64,000 nucleotides of DNA from Bdellovibrionales bacterium (lineage in GTDB: Bacteria > Bdellovibrionota > Bdellovibrionia > Bdellovibrionales > JAUICD01), in the NCBI GenBank assembly GCA_965262715.1, contig OZ253553.1, positions 1,120,001 through 1,184,000 of the forward strand. Reading direction: 5' to 3'. Below, in pieces: positions 30,676-41,543 of this stretch; position 1 is the stretch's first letter, and every line of letters starts with the position of its first letter. The notes under the pieces are model-generated. The model had not been told where the DNA came from. It saw only the letters and a list, made by a program, of their open reading frames with translations, and searched no databases. Position numbers and translations under genes: made by a program.

Positions 30676-30802
30676 GTAAATAATATCAAAGATTATATTC
30701 AGAAAAATGACTTCTTTTTTCTTAGATTTGTCTATCATAATCTATTTCAAAAGATCATTGTTCAACCTCTGGATGAATCAGAAATACGGCTTAAACTTGT
30801 CT

Positions 30803-31750
30803 TCAAAGTGAGCCACTTCCATCTCGACATGCTGCTATTAAACCTTGCTTGATTCCATGGCTATGAGGTGTTCCAAAAGTTACAAGACCATTGCCAGATA
30901 AGTCTAGGATAGATTGAACAACTGCTGCATCACGTGTTGAAATTAACGATATAATATTATTATTTGCTCTTATCAATTGTCTCATATTTAGACGAGTCAT
31001 AGTAGAACCTTCTGGAACTCCAAGATTATCCAGAAAGCTTTCAAGTCCACTCTCTGAAATCAGAAGACTTCTAATATTCACATCTTCCATAAAAGATAAA
31101 ATTTCTGAATATTGAGCACCTGTAATGTGAGCGTCTTTCCGAATAAGTCCTATCAAATAATTAACTTGGTTTATATTATCAATTGTTTCTTTTTTCAAAT
31201 CCTCATCTTCTAATGGAAATATCCAACCCTATGAAAATCTTCTCGATGAGTTACTCGAGCAATGGCATAAGCCTCAAACACAAGAAAAAGTAATTGATCT
31301 GTTTTATTGGAACTCCATTCTGATGATTGATTCAAATCTGTGTTTACCCTATCTCGAAATCTTAAATAACTATCATTGGCAGTATCAATATAAGCAGTAT
31401 CCGCTTCAGAAACCTCAACGCCAACCCAGTCTATCTTTCCAGATTTAGCCAGTTCTGTGATTTTTTGAGCATCAGATTGCTCAGAGACAATCATCTCTTG
31501 ATAGTCATCAAGCAATTGATTTAAATAAGCCGCAGTCTCTTCTGTTTCATAATTTCTTTCAAAAACATCCGCAACTTCATTAGACTCAGTAGTTAGATGT
31601 TTTGTAAATAAAGTATATACTTGCCGATCACCTATCTGAATGACTTCAACACCTTCAATGTCTGAGTTAGAAAAAACACAAGCTTCTGTCTGAGCAAGCA
31701 CTGACTGATAACTCAACAAACTCACCATATAAAAATTTCCTAGAACTCAT
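30803..31750 (-). pseudogene. Frameshifted secreted hypothetical protein (joins ORFs 31210..31728 and 30803..31198)
   Basis: Frame switch at ...RVG/IFPLEDEDLKKETID; second lesion near the start (ATG 31750). Confidence 0.65.
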
Positions 31751-31798
31751 AGTAAATACCTACTTTATCTTGCATGCTGTATAATATTACAAATTATA

Positions 31799-31814
31799 AG
31801 CAATATACATACCA
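31799..31814 (-). promoter_or_regulatory. Sigma54 promoter
   Basis: TGGTATGTATATTGCT, GG-N10-GC, ~50 bp upstream of ATG 31750. Confidence 0.6.
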
Positions 31815-31884
31815 ACTAAATAAATGTAATAACTTTCTTAAAAAAAGAAGAGTATCTGTCTACTCAAAATAAATAGATTTTTGA

Positions 31885-32154
31885 GGCAGTCAAGTATTTG
31901 CTGACGGTATGAGCCGTCAGGCTGACTGTCTAGTAAAAACCATCACCCTCGAAAGAGTTTAGGTTTTCTAACTCCTAATGAGTTTCATAGACAAAAGATG
32001 GTTTGCTGAAGTTATTCATAGTTTATCCATTTAATTTTACTTATATATAATAACTTCTGAAAATGCTTATTTGACAGCTTGATGTTTATGGCAAAGGATC
32101 GTTCTTCCGCAGAGCTTTAGCTCGAGGACTACGAGACTTTGCCATAAACATCAA
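31885..32154. ncRNA. Candidate structured non-coding element (four consecutive stem-loops)
   Basis: Includes a perfect 18-bp inverted repeat (32079-32096 / 32137-32154) with a nested GAGC-TTTA-GCTC stem; no family recognised. Confidence 0.4.
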
Positions 32155-32348
32155 AATACATTCATTCAAATTAAATAATTTACAATAATCTTTTATGATA
32201 ATTAAAACTTTGTTGGAATATTAATCCTAAAGTGATACAACTTTTAAAAATATCTATAAACACAAAAGAGTTGTACTTGCGATTTGAAGTTACAACATAT
32301 AAGACTTTAATAGTGACAATAACATTATTAATATTTATACTGGTTGAA

Positions 32349-32651
32349 TTAGGCAACAATGTCTGTCACATTCAAAACTGTTTTTAATCCAAAAGGTCTT
32401 AACCATTTATCCAAAGTTTCAGGTTTAGGTATCCTCTCCTTTGACATAAATTTATCTATAGTCTGTGGTTTTGCACTTACTATATTTGCAAAGGCAGTGT
32501 TTCCCACTTGAAGGATTATGAAACGTAAAGCATCTTCAAGAGTCATAGGTTCTTCATCATTTTCCATAAGTGATAAAATATAAGCTTTTGCAAATTCTTG
32601 GTCTTGCATATTTTCAATAAAATCTTTATTAAAAGAATCACTTCTTCTCAT
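32349..32651 (-). CDS. HTH antitoxin (addiction module antidote type)
   Basis: FAKAYI...ALR...P.PETLDKWL..FGL pattern; overlaps the toxin gene. Confidence 0.8.
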   Translation of the reverse strand: MRRSDSFNKDFIENMQDQEFAKAYILSLMENDEEPMTLEDALRFIILQVGNTAFANIVSAKPQTIDKFMSKERIPKPETLDKWLRPFGLKTVLNVTDIVA

Positions 32652-32997
32652 AATAAGTTCTCCAATATTTTTTAACTTTATTTATATCACGTCTTTGAGT
32701 TTTTTTGTTTCCACCTAAAAGAAGCATGATAAAGCTTTTTTTATTACCAAAATAAACTCGATAACCAGAAGCATAATTTATCTTAATTTCATAAATCCCA
32801 TCACCTAATGCCTCAATATTCTTTTGTCCTCCACCTGAAGCAATACGATGAATATAAGATGTTATGATAGCTTTTGCCATTTTATCCAATTTTTTAAACC
32901 ATTCTTGAAAAGGTTCCTTTTCATTATCCAATCGCAATACATGAATCTGCTTTACATTCATTAGAGTTATTCCAACACAAATGTGTTTAAATGTCAA
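32638..32997 (-). CDS. RelE/ParE (HigB-like, addiction module killer) toxin
   Basis: EPFQEWF..LD, LGDGIYEIKI...GYRVYF, LLLGGNKKTQRRDI.K...YW. Confidence 0.9.
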   Translation of the reverse strand: MTFKHICVGITLMNVKQIHVLRLDNEKEPFQEWFKKLDKMAKAIITSYIHRIASGGGQKNIEALGDGIYEIKINYASGYRVYFGNKKSFIMLLLGGNKKTQRRDINKVKKYWRTYYEKK

Positions 32998-33059
32998 GAA
33001 CTATCAATAGGTATATATTTTAAACAAATAACTAATAAAAGATGTTTATACACTTCTGA

Positions 33060-33205
33060 GGTCTTGTTGCAGAAGGATTTATTAAATCTAAAATCCTTAA
33101 TCAAATGAAAACTCCTGCTTCCATGATAACCTAAATAACTTAATCTCAAAAATATAAAAAATACTCAACAATATCTCTCTAGCTAAATCCTTCTGCAACA
33201 AAGCC
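33060..33205. mobile_element. 146-bp MITE derived from an IS903-group right end
   Basis: TIRs GGTCTTGTTGCAGAAGGATTTA / TAAATCCTTCTGCAACAAAGCC (20/22); interior matches 28585-28711. Confidence 0.85.
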
Positions 33206-33602
33206 TTTAAATACTGTAAAAACAGCAAAAAATTAATACCATCTCTGACTTTTTGAGACTTCTAATAATAGTTCTGAATGTAGTCGTTTATGCGATTTCT
33301 GAAGGCATTTTGAATCCATTCGAGGAAGACCGAGGTCTTCTGGAACCAAACGTAAGGATTACCCAATTCTGTAAAAAGAAAGTATTTTTCAAAAGAGAGA
33401 ATAGAAATTGATAAAAGGTATGTAAGGCAAGGTTTAATAAGAATATTGGTCGCTCATAAATTAGGTCATAGCTTATGACTGGCAGATCATCTAAGAGGAA
33501 ACATTTTTGCTCAAGGTGAATATGCAGTCATTTTGTTATGGATGCTCTTTCATTTCATACAAACTATAAACTATTTCTACTGATAAAGGATAGACCTTTA
33601 AG

Positions 33603-34481
33603 TTAGTTGGGAAGGTTACGATAAAAATCATTAAAAATAATCCACTCATTTTTTACACTTTCTTCAGGGGATGTTACATGGGATGTTAAATAATTTATAT
33701 TATCTGCTGCATGGTTTATCTCTTGGTATTGTTCTAAGGCAATAAGAACAAGTGTTCCTGTACCTACTGCAAATGCAACAGTTACAAGTGGAGCACCACC
33801 AAAGGCATAAATGCCTCCTTTTTTTATAAGAACTACAACACCAGCTGACAAGAAAGCAGTCATCCATGAACCAATATTACCACTTCTAACAATCACCTCT
33901 CCTTCATCTAAAGTTACTTGTGGAACTATTCCTGAATATAAAAAATCATGTGTCATAATAACATTCCCTAAAACATTATTTAGAGTTTGATTTTCAAATG
34001 GAATAACTGTCATAAGGATATTTCCATATCCTCTCTTTTTCATTTCAGCTAGAAATGTAGCATCAGCACTTGCACATTGTGTTGGTTGGTCACAAACTTG
34101 ATCATAAGATGTGGAAGATGTAGGTAAATAAGGCAGATGAAAAGACAGGCCATTATCTGAAGGTCTTAAATCAGAGAATAATTGACGCACATTACGACTC
34201 AACCTTTCTCTTAAAGCAGACCTGGCCCTTCTTTTACTTGTTATTTGCGCAGATAATAAAATTAATTCCTGGTTATTAAATTTTAGAGCAAAAGGAACAA
34301 TTAAAACATCTTCTTCATTAGAAGATGGTTCAGCTACTTCTTCACATAAAGGTTGCCCAGGTGAATTTTCAAAACACTCATAATAATCCATTTGCTCAAA
34401 AGGAGTTAAAGGAGTTATTTGAGCAAGCAAAGGACTTGCTGGTAAAATAAGAAAAATAAATACAATCCAACTTTTCATCAC
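33603..34481 (-). CDS. Hypothetical secreted protein with C-terminal Gly/Ala-rich hydrophobic hairpin
   Basis: Signal peptide ...SPLLA-Q; GGAGG RBS; two hydrophobic helices near the C-terminus. Confidence 0.7.
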   Translation of the reverse strand: MMKSWIVFIFLILPASPLLAQITPLTPFEQMDYYECFENSPGQPLCEEVAEPSSNEEDVLIVPFALKFNNQELILLSAQITSKRRARSALRERLSRNVRQLFSDLRPSDNGLSFHLPYLPTSSTSYDQVCDQPTQCASADATFLAEMKKRGYGNILMTVIPFENQTLNNVLGNVIMTHDFLYSGIVPQVTLDEGEVIVRSGNIGSWMTAFLSAGVVVLIKKGGIYAFGGAPLVTVAFAVGTGTLVLIALEQYQEINHAADNINYLTSHVTSPEESVKNEWIIFNDFYRNLPN

Positions 34482-34739
34482 TTACCTCCTAATACATTTT
34501 AATATGTTAACAGTTACTAAAATTACAGATTATTAATTTCTTTTAATTTTTATCTTTAGGTCTACTTCTTTATATATTGCAATTAAATCGTAATTTTGAA
34601 TGTTAACTATGTTGATTCTTAATCGACTCTTTTAACTTTGTATGGTGATTATAATATATAAAATTAAAAGTCAAGCAAATACCTTAAATTTGTATTTTTT
34701 TCACAAATAGCTAGGGGCTAAAGCTCCTTTATGATCTGT

Positions 34740-35162
34740 CTACCTATCATCCAAGTACATTTCATCAAGAGCTTGTAGTTTGGAATAAAGTTCACTCCCA
34801 GCTTCTGGAAGCACTGCACCATGATCTCTTAAAAGTCCTATAATGGTTATGTATCTTTCAAAAATAAAATATCTTCGAGAATCAAAAGCTCTGGAAATAG
34901 CAATATCAAGTGATTTTTCACCAAAAAAATTTGTAGCATTCACATCATTTATACCAGCGTTCAGTAAGGCTTCAACTGAAGCTACTCTTCCCATCAGTGA
35001 GGCGCGATAAAGCACTATATCTTCATGAGAATCATTTGATTTGCCATTGATATCTGCTCCATTTGCAATGGATGTTTGAACACATTCAATATCATTTAAG
35101 CAATGCCATTGGGTAAGAGGGTTAGTTCCTTGTGCTTGTATTTCCATTGAAAAACCTACCAC
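34740..35162 (-). pseudogene. 5'-truncated ankyrin-repeat protein (paralog of 29574)
   Basis: C..IECV....ANGADING and VEALLNAGINDV resemble 29574; the 5' end is replaced by a UvrD fragment. Confidence 0.7.
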
Positions 35163-35412
35163 AATGATTATAGATACGTCTCTTTAAATCATTAGCAGAT
35201 GCACGAGTGTAAGATACTACAAAAATATTATTAGGTTTTACTCCTCAGTTCAACAAATGTGAAATCCTTTGCTCTATAACTTTTGATTTTCCTGTTCCAG
35301 GTCCAGTAACTAAACGAACTAAGGGAGAGGTATCCTGAGCAGCTTTAGCCTGGTTTTCTTCAGCTTCTTTGTATTCTTGAGGATTGAATTTCACTTTTAT
35401 TTCTCTTGTCGA
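35161..35412 (-). pseudogene. UvrD-like helicase N-terminal remnant (paralog of 52613)
   Basis: AAQDTSPLVRLVTGPGTGKSKVIEQRI...N*GVKPNNIFVVSYTRASANDLK. Confidence 0.88.
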
Positions 35413-35509
35413 ATTAAGGTTAGAAAGTTTATTTTAAATAACTTATTTCAAAATCACTCTTCAACTACTAAAAAGTAATTTATAATTTACTTTAATATAA
35501 CTTACAGAG

Positions 35510-35750
35510 TCTATTTTTCAAGTGCTTGTTGACCGCAGTATCCACGCATACCTTTATTCCGTTTCACTTCTCTACAATGTGCTCTTACTACAACCTAACT
35601 GTTTGGCAATTTCGCTTATTGATTTTCCACTTCTCAAAATAGCTGAAATTTGATATCTCTCACATTAAATTAGATAAGCGACCACTCATGGAATACTCCT
35701 CTAACTCCCTTTTAAATAACTATGCAAGGAGTTCCACTTACGACTTGACT
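35510..35750 (-). mobile_element. IS30 family left-end remnant
   Basis: Homologous to 6331-6502; ERYQISAILRSGKSISEIAKQLGCSKST / REVKRN. Confidence 0.75.
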
Positions 35751-35819
35751 ATCTATATCTATTTTTTATGTAAGACATGTAAGAGGTTATAAAATTGCTT
35801 TATAAAGAAAAGGAACAAA

Positions 35820-36179
35820 TTGGAAATGCTCCCAAAATCTAAAATCTATAGTATTATCAATGAATCTCTTTCTGCTGTTTGTTTTGTAATGGATTATGTT
35901 GAGTTTCATTTTGATGGAAAAATAGTTCGATCTCTTACAAATCCTATATTGAAGGTGTCAAATGAAAATTTTGAGTTTCCAGATTCGGGATCACGAGATC
36001 GGTTTTGTTCATTAATAGGACAGACTGTAATTGATATAACTTTAAAAGAAGAAGACAGGATCGAATTAATATTTAATACTGGAAATAAATTAATAATTCC
36101 ATTATTAGAATCTAAACGAATAGGACCTGAAGCGGCGCACTTTATCCATGGTTATAATCAACCAATGGAAGTATGGTAG
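35820..36179 (+). CDS. Hypothetical protein
   Basis: 119 aa, AAGGA RBS; LSAVCFVMDYVEFHFDG...GPEAA; function unknown. Confidence 0.6.
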   Translation: MEMLPKSKIYSIINESLSAVCFVMDYVEFHFDGKIVRSLTNPILKVSNENFEFPDSGSRDRFCSLIGQTVIDITLKEEDRIELIFNTGNKLIIPLLESKRIGPEAAHFIHGYNQPMEVW

Positions 36180-36381
36180 AAAGATGTAAAACAACCAATC
36201 AGAGATCTAAGTATGTAAAGACTGTTGCTATTTTGAGTTCAGACATGGCAGAATTTTTTTTTGCTCTCTTTAAAAATAGTCAACTATGATCGCTTAGTTT
36301 AGTTATTCTAGAAATTTTTAAAAATCCTGTTAAAAAATATTTTTCATAAAAACCATCGTGTTTCCATGGGTTAATAAAGGG

Positions 36382-37307
36382 AATGGTGCACACTACACCT
36401 CTATATGCAGAAAACGTGTTCAATCCTGAGTTTTCAATGGAATCAACTACTTCTATCACATCTTTATCTATGTCTGAAAGCGTGCTCAAACAGAAATATC
36501 TCAAAAACTACCTCTCAATAAGGGAAATTGCAAAAGAATTTTCGTGCTCAAAAACCAAAATCAGAGACTTACTTTTAAAATACAAAATGCCATCAAAGAT
36601 ATGATAGTCGCACTTACGGCAAGAAAAAGATAAATGGTAAAACGATAGATCATAAAAGAGAGTTAAAAACCATTGAGACCATCAAAAAACTTTATATTAA
36701 AGGTATCAATCCAAATACAATAGCTAAGGTATTAAGCACTATGAAAATACCAACTAAACAGCATAAAAAAGAGTGGCATCATCACACAATTATCAATCTT
36801 CTTAAAAGAGAAAATATTTATAAACAAGAAAAATCAATAGCTTAGGAGGAAATTATGGAAACATTCATTAAAATTATTATAAACTTATCATTGATATTTG
36901 GATCAGGTTATTGTGCCAAAAAGCTTTGATGTCGAGGAAGCAACTGTTAAGAGGATTAAAAAGGCACTTTCATCATCAGAGCAATTTGCCAGAAAACTTA
37001 CTGGCACAAAACTGCCTTTCTAAAGTAGGATTTTAGTCTTGTCTAATAGAATAAAGTTTCTTTTGAAGTTCTTAACTTATAGATACACTTGTCTAAGCAA
37101 GATGAAGCAGGGAGGTTATGGGCTCTTAATATATTGAATTATCAAAGCGCATTTACAATAAGTCCCAGATAATTATTTGTATCATTGAGGTTCAATATCT
37201 TTGTAGGGAGCAAACTGTAATGCCATAAGTTCTTTATGTCGATGAGTAACTTATAGATATTAAAAAAATAATTTTTTTACAAAAATAGTTTAAAATATTA
37301 AAAAAGC
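36382..37307 (+). repeat. ~930-bp direct repeat, module copy B (att-like site, frameshifted HTH/recombinase-domain ORF, frameshifted 57-aa ORF, non-coding tail)
   Basis: Matches 41544..42492; carries a 23-bp deletion between AAAATGCCA microrepeats. Confidence 0.92.
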
Positions 37308-37329
37308 AAAAGATAAAAGACAATTTTTT

Positions 37330-37539
37330 TTGGTTACACATAATCCTAACTTAGCTGTAGTATGTGACGCCGAACAAATAATCACTGCTTCTATTGATAA
37401 AATAGGAGATAATGCTGTTAATTACCATTCTGGAGCCATTGAAAATCCTAAGACAAATCAAAATATTATGGATATATTAGAAGGAACACAACCTGCTTTT
37501 GAAAATAGAGAAAGTAAATATCATAAAATAAAAAGGTAA
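37330..37539 (+). pseudogene. C-terminal fragment of an ABC/AAA ATPase (TrlF/Ppl-like)
   Basis: KRQFFLVTHNPNLAVVCDAEQII...GAIEN...ILEGTQPAF.NR. Confidence 0.75.
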
Positions 37540-37983
37540 ATATTTATTCTTTGCTAGATTGAAATTTAATCTTTGCTTGGGTTGCTTTTTTTCAATTTCA
37601 TTATAATTTTACCTAATTTAATGAAAATTAGAAAATTTTACATTGTAGATGTATTTTTCAACAACTTGCAAGAGTCCCTTAATATCCTTATCCATAAAAT
37701 CTTTTACATCTCTAATGAAGTGTAAAAAAGAAGAAATTTTAATAATATATTATTAATTAAAAAAACTTAAAATTTTCCTAATTTCAGTAAATTAAAAATT
37801 AATAAAAAATTATTGTAAAAATAAAGAGGAAGTTAGAAACTGAAATGACTCAACAAGTCTTGTATTATTGTATAATACATGTTGTCACAAGTATTAGATT
37901 CCTTTACAAACACTAAAAAATTTCCTAAAGTCACTAAGTGAAACTAGCATTGGTCAACATTCTGTAAAATTTTTTAAGGTTTT

Positions 37984-38340
37984 ATGAAAAAGAGAAAATA
38001 CTTTCAACATACTTTTGAATTCTTAGTTTTAGAACATAGGCCAGATGGGGAAACTGAAGGACCAGCTTCACGTATTTTGTCATGCTTGAGTTTTTCAAAA
38101 CATGGCATGAAACTTAAAGGCCAGCCAAGATATGACAGCTTTTCAGTTATAATTTCAGCACCTCAAGATGGAGCAAAGCTTAATGCTAGAGTAGAGGTTA
38201 TTAGTGGAGATAGTCACTCCTTTGGTGTGAAATTTATTGACCCCTCACCAGAACTACTTGAAAAACTTTCTTGGTGGGAAGATGATGTTAAGGCTTATCC
38301 TGCTGTATCGCCCTCCCAAAGTGTGGATATCGGCGTTTAA
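37984..38340 (+). CDS. Degenerate PilZ-like domain protein
   Basis: KRKY..., SFSKHGM (D/NxSxxG-like), FGVKFID. Confidence 0.55.
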   Translation: MKKRKYFQHTFEFLVLEHRPDGETEGPASRILSCLSFSKHGMKLKGQPRYDSFSVIISAPQDGAKLNARVEVISGDSHSFGVKFIDPSPELLEKLSWWEDDVKAYPAVSPSQSVDIGV

Positions 38341-41248
38341 ACCAAGTTTCAATTTCTATTTGGTCTTCCTTTGGAATTGCAAAAAGATCATATATTTTTT
38401 CCCAACATTCATTCATTTCTGACTTAGCATAGTTTCCCTTATTTTTTTCTAAGAGAATGGTATCTACACTTTTTATAATATCTTTAAATTGTTCCTCAGT
38501 TGGAACCACAATTGGAATTTGTCTAATAATATCTATTTCGGTCATAACTGTATGTTGTAAAAAATTTTTAGTAAGATATCTAATAAGAGGTGAACATAAC
38601 AAACCCAATAAATATTTGGTAATAGCACCTGTCGATGGAATTATTAAACTACCTTTATCTCCAAAGACCCCTCCAAAACTTAATTCAAAGGTGGGGGCAT
38701 ACAAACCTGCTCGTGAAAATCGAATTCCAGATATGAAATAATATCTTTTGTTTTGAAAACGAGGTTTTTTAGGAGTTCCAGCAGGCCATGTATTTCTTTC
38801 CTTTAAGATAGTTACTGATTTTTTTGACCAATCAATCCAGTAATCCACCGGTGACCAAAATAATCTAAGCTCGCCCTTTTCTGTATTTTGTTCTCCTCCT
38901 TTATCGAAGGGTACAAAATATTTTTCTCGTTTTCTATCTAAAACTTTAATGCCGTTTTCTTTTTCATCAAGTGTGAGAGAAGAAATTTCACTTTGATCGA
39001 TAATACACCTAAGATCTACATCCTTAATGTATTTTCTTCGTGCATTTGGAATAACTCCTGGTGTTTTTCTAAGAAAATACTTATCATCAGCGGTAGCTAA
39101 TCCTTGCTTTACTTGAGCAACTTGCCAAAGCTTGATCATTGGGATCCATTTTTGATTTCTCTTAATTTCAAGACCTTTAATATTACCGATTTTAGGAAAA
39201 TTAATATTTTTCTTTCTTATATAATCTTTGTATTCCTTATCAACACAAAAAAGATAAAGGGATGGAAGACCTGCTACTATTGGAAAAATATGATCTTCAT
39301 GGCTAGTTAAATCAATATCTATACCTAAATTAATATCAGATAGCTTATTTTCTACTTCTTTAGGTTTGGGCGGCATCAATCTGAGATTCATTAAATGTTG
39401 AGGAAAACTATAATTTCCTAAAGATTCTTTTAAAAGGACATGATCTTTATTCTTTGACCACGCTTTCAGTGCTGTTAAAAATTCAGGTTTAGATGGGTGA
39501 ATTGGCCAAGCATCGTAAAAGTGATATAAGTGATCATTAATCTCTTTCTCTTTGGATCTCTTCGTTATGTCAAAAATACAACAGAATACATCTCGATTTG
39601 AAAAAACATTTCTGTGTAAAGTGTAGATAGATTCAATTAAACTATTGTTAAATATTTGTTTCCTTAAATTTTTATGAGTTCTATTGGTAAGAAAAGTACT
39701 GCTTAAGATAAATAACAATTTTCCTTCATTTGGAAGTATATTCAAACTTTTTGAAATAAAACAACCATAAGAGTCATTGCTCCCTACATCAAATTGATCA
39801 GCTATCTTTTTATTCACTTTGATTCCATACGGTGGATTCCCTATCACCAGATCAGGAGCAAATTTAGAAAAATTAATAAAGAATTTGTTTTCAATAAAAT
39901 CTCCCTGTTTAACAACAATAGAGAAATCAAAGTACCCATTTGGAGCAATAGCTTTCCAAAGAGCTGGAGTTTTATACAGTTCCAAAAACATACCTAGTTG
40001 AGTGGTTTGAACTGCAAATGGATCAATATCTATGGCTTTAATGTGAGAGATAGTTTTTAAATGTGCTTGTATAATCTTTTCTTTGTTACCTACTTTACCA
40101 AGATACACATTACACATTCGCTTGTAAATTTCCCTAACAAAATGTCCTGAACCACAAGCTGGCTCGAGGACTTTCTTAGACTTCCATCCGCCAAGTGCTT
40201 TTTCAGCTCTATCAACCATAGAATTAACAATAACCGGAGGAGTATAAACATTTCCAAGAGATTTCACTTGAAGATCAAGCTCTTCTGATCTAACCAGTCC
40301 ATCCCAAATATCACCAATCGGATTATCTCTATCTTCAAAAACCAATGCTTGTGTAATAGATACACTTGACATAACTTCAACAAGAAATTCCTCACAATGA
40401 CTTGAAAAGTCTAAAACATCATATGGTTCTGCTTCTAAGATACCGGGAAAACTTTCTGCATATTTTTTAAATTCCTTTTTTATAGCTTTAGGAAATGGAT
40501 TATCTTGTCTATCTGTAATGATTTTTATAAATAAAACTTTTAATGTAAGAGACAGAGCTATGCTAGAAATGACACTTCTTATGGCTGTTTCTTCAGTTGC
40601 TTTTTCCAATGTGGGATCAACAAATGACTTTCTAGTTTCTAGTACCTTTTCAAATTTAATTTTTCGTGTTTCGAGCTTAGAAGTAGAGAAAATATAACCT
40701 TCTGAAAAGTAGCTGTTAGTTAAGTCATCAAATATTTTTTCTCTTACTATTTTTAATAAGCGTATAACTTGTTTTAGAGTTAATTGCTCCGTGAGCAAAC
40801 CTGATCCTTTTTGCTCTAAGGCTTTAGACCATAGTATTTCGTCACAAGGAGTATATGAGAACTCACCTGATCGATCCTTTAATCTTTTGTACCATTGAAA
40901 ATCTTTACCATTGGAAAGAAGAGCATAAGGAGGAGGAATAGGAAAAGATTCACCTAAGCAATAATCAAACAGTTGATTTTCATCGCTCTTACTGAGTATT
41001 CGCTTTTCACTTTTTGCTTCAACTAAGAGAATGATGCCACTATCATTTTTAAAAGCTCCGTCATAAGGTCCTTTTCTTTTTCCTCTTTTATGAACCCAAG
41101 TTTGTTCATCAAAAAACCTACTTTGACGAGGAGGGTATCCTAAAGACTCTAAATGAGGGTAGATAAGTTTACTAAATGTATTAAATTCATTTTCTCTTCT
41201 AAAATTAGAAATATTAGTTTGTTGTTTTGATTTCTTCTCTTTTCCCAT
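38288..41248 (-). CDS. Type IIG restriction-modification enzyme (nuclease + N6-adenine MTase + TRD)
   Basis: YD...LVEAK nuclease, LLSNG, YTPP, LEPACGSG (motif I), DIDP, GNPPY (motif IV), C-terminal TRD-like region ending IYDLF. Confidence 0.9.
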   Translation of the reverse strand: MGKEKKSKQQTNISNFRRENEFNTFSKLIYPHLESLGYPPRQSRFFDEQTWVHKRGKRKGPYDGAFKNDSGIILLVEAKSEKRILSKSDENQLFDYCLGESFPIPPPYALLSNGKDFQWYKRLKDRSGEFSYTPCDEILWSKALEQKGSGLLTEQLTLKQVIRLLKIVREKIFDDLTNSYFSEGYIFSTSKLETRKIKFEKVLETRKSFVDPTLEKATEETAIRSVISSIALSLTLKVLFIKIITDRQDNPFPKAIKKEFKKYAESFPGILEAEPYDVLDFSSHCEEFLVEVMSSVSITQALVFEDRDNPIGDIWDGLVRSEELDLQVKSLGNVYTPPVIVNSMVDRAEKALGGWKSKKVLEPACGSGHFVREIYKRMCNVYLGKVGNKEKIIQAHLKTISHIKAIDIDPFAVQTTQLGMFLELYKTPALWKAIAPNGYFDFSIVVKQGDFIENKFFINFSKFAPDLVIGNPPYGIKVNKKIADQFDVGSNDSYGCFISKSLNILPNEGKLLFILSSTFLTNRTHKNLRKQIFNNSLIESIYTLHRNVFSNRDVFCCIFDITKRSKEKEINDHLYHFYDAWPIHPSKPEFLTALKAWSKNKDHVLLKESLGNYSFPQHLMNLRLMPPKPKEVENKLSDINLGIDIDLTSHEDHIFPIVAGLPSLYLFCVDKEYKDYIRKKNINFPKIGNIKGLEIKRNQKWIPMIKLWQVAQVKQGLATADDKYFLRKTPGVIPNARRKYIKDVDLRCIIDQSEISSLTLDEKENGIKVLDRKREKYFVPFDKGGEQNTEKGELRLFWSPVDYWIDWSKKSVTILKERNTWPAGTPKKPRFQNKRYYFISGIRFSRAGLYAPTFELSFGGVFGDKGSLIIPSTGAITKYLLGLLCSPLIRYLTKNFLQHTVMTEIDIIRQIPIVVPTEEQFKDIIKSVDTILLEKNKGNYAKSEMNECWEKIYDLFAIPKEDQIEIETWFKRRYPHFGRAIQQDKP

Positions 41249-41543
41249 ACCTAAGTTCACTATATTTCTTTTTTTATTTCATTAGAAATAATGTCAAATA
41301 TAGGAGCTGTTAAGAAGTTTTTGAATTGCTTTAAGAACTGAATTATATTTTTATTTTTGTCATCAGAAGTCTTTCTCATAAGGCTATCCTGACAATCTCA
41401 TCCTAAAAGTCAATCTAAAGCTTCATAGCATCATCCAAATCCTATCTAATTTGTTCATAACCTGCACTAAGTTCTGAATTTGTCTTTAAAGAAGACTCTT
41501 TAAATTCTCGCATATACGAGAACTTTTATTGCCCAATACGAAA

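Noticed and set aside
31885..32154. Retron msr-msd, integron attC or c-di-GMP riboswitch
   Set aside because: No reverse transcriptase or integron integrase in the window, no RYYYAAC/GTTRRRY ends, and no GEMM consensus.
33380..33500. Zinc metalloprotease gene
   Set aside because: Only a decayed VAHKLGHSL* trace (HExxH-like) with stops remains; too little to annotate.
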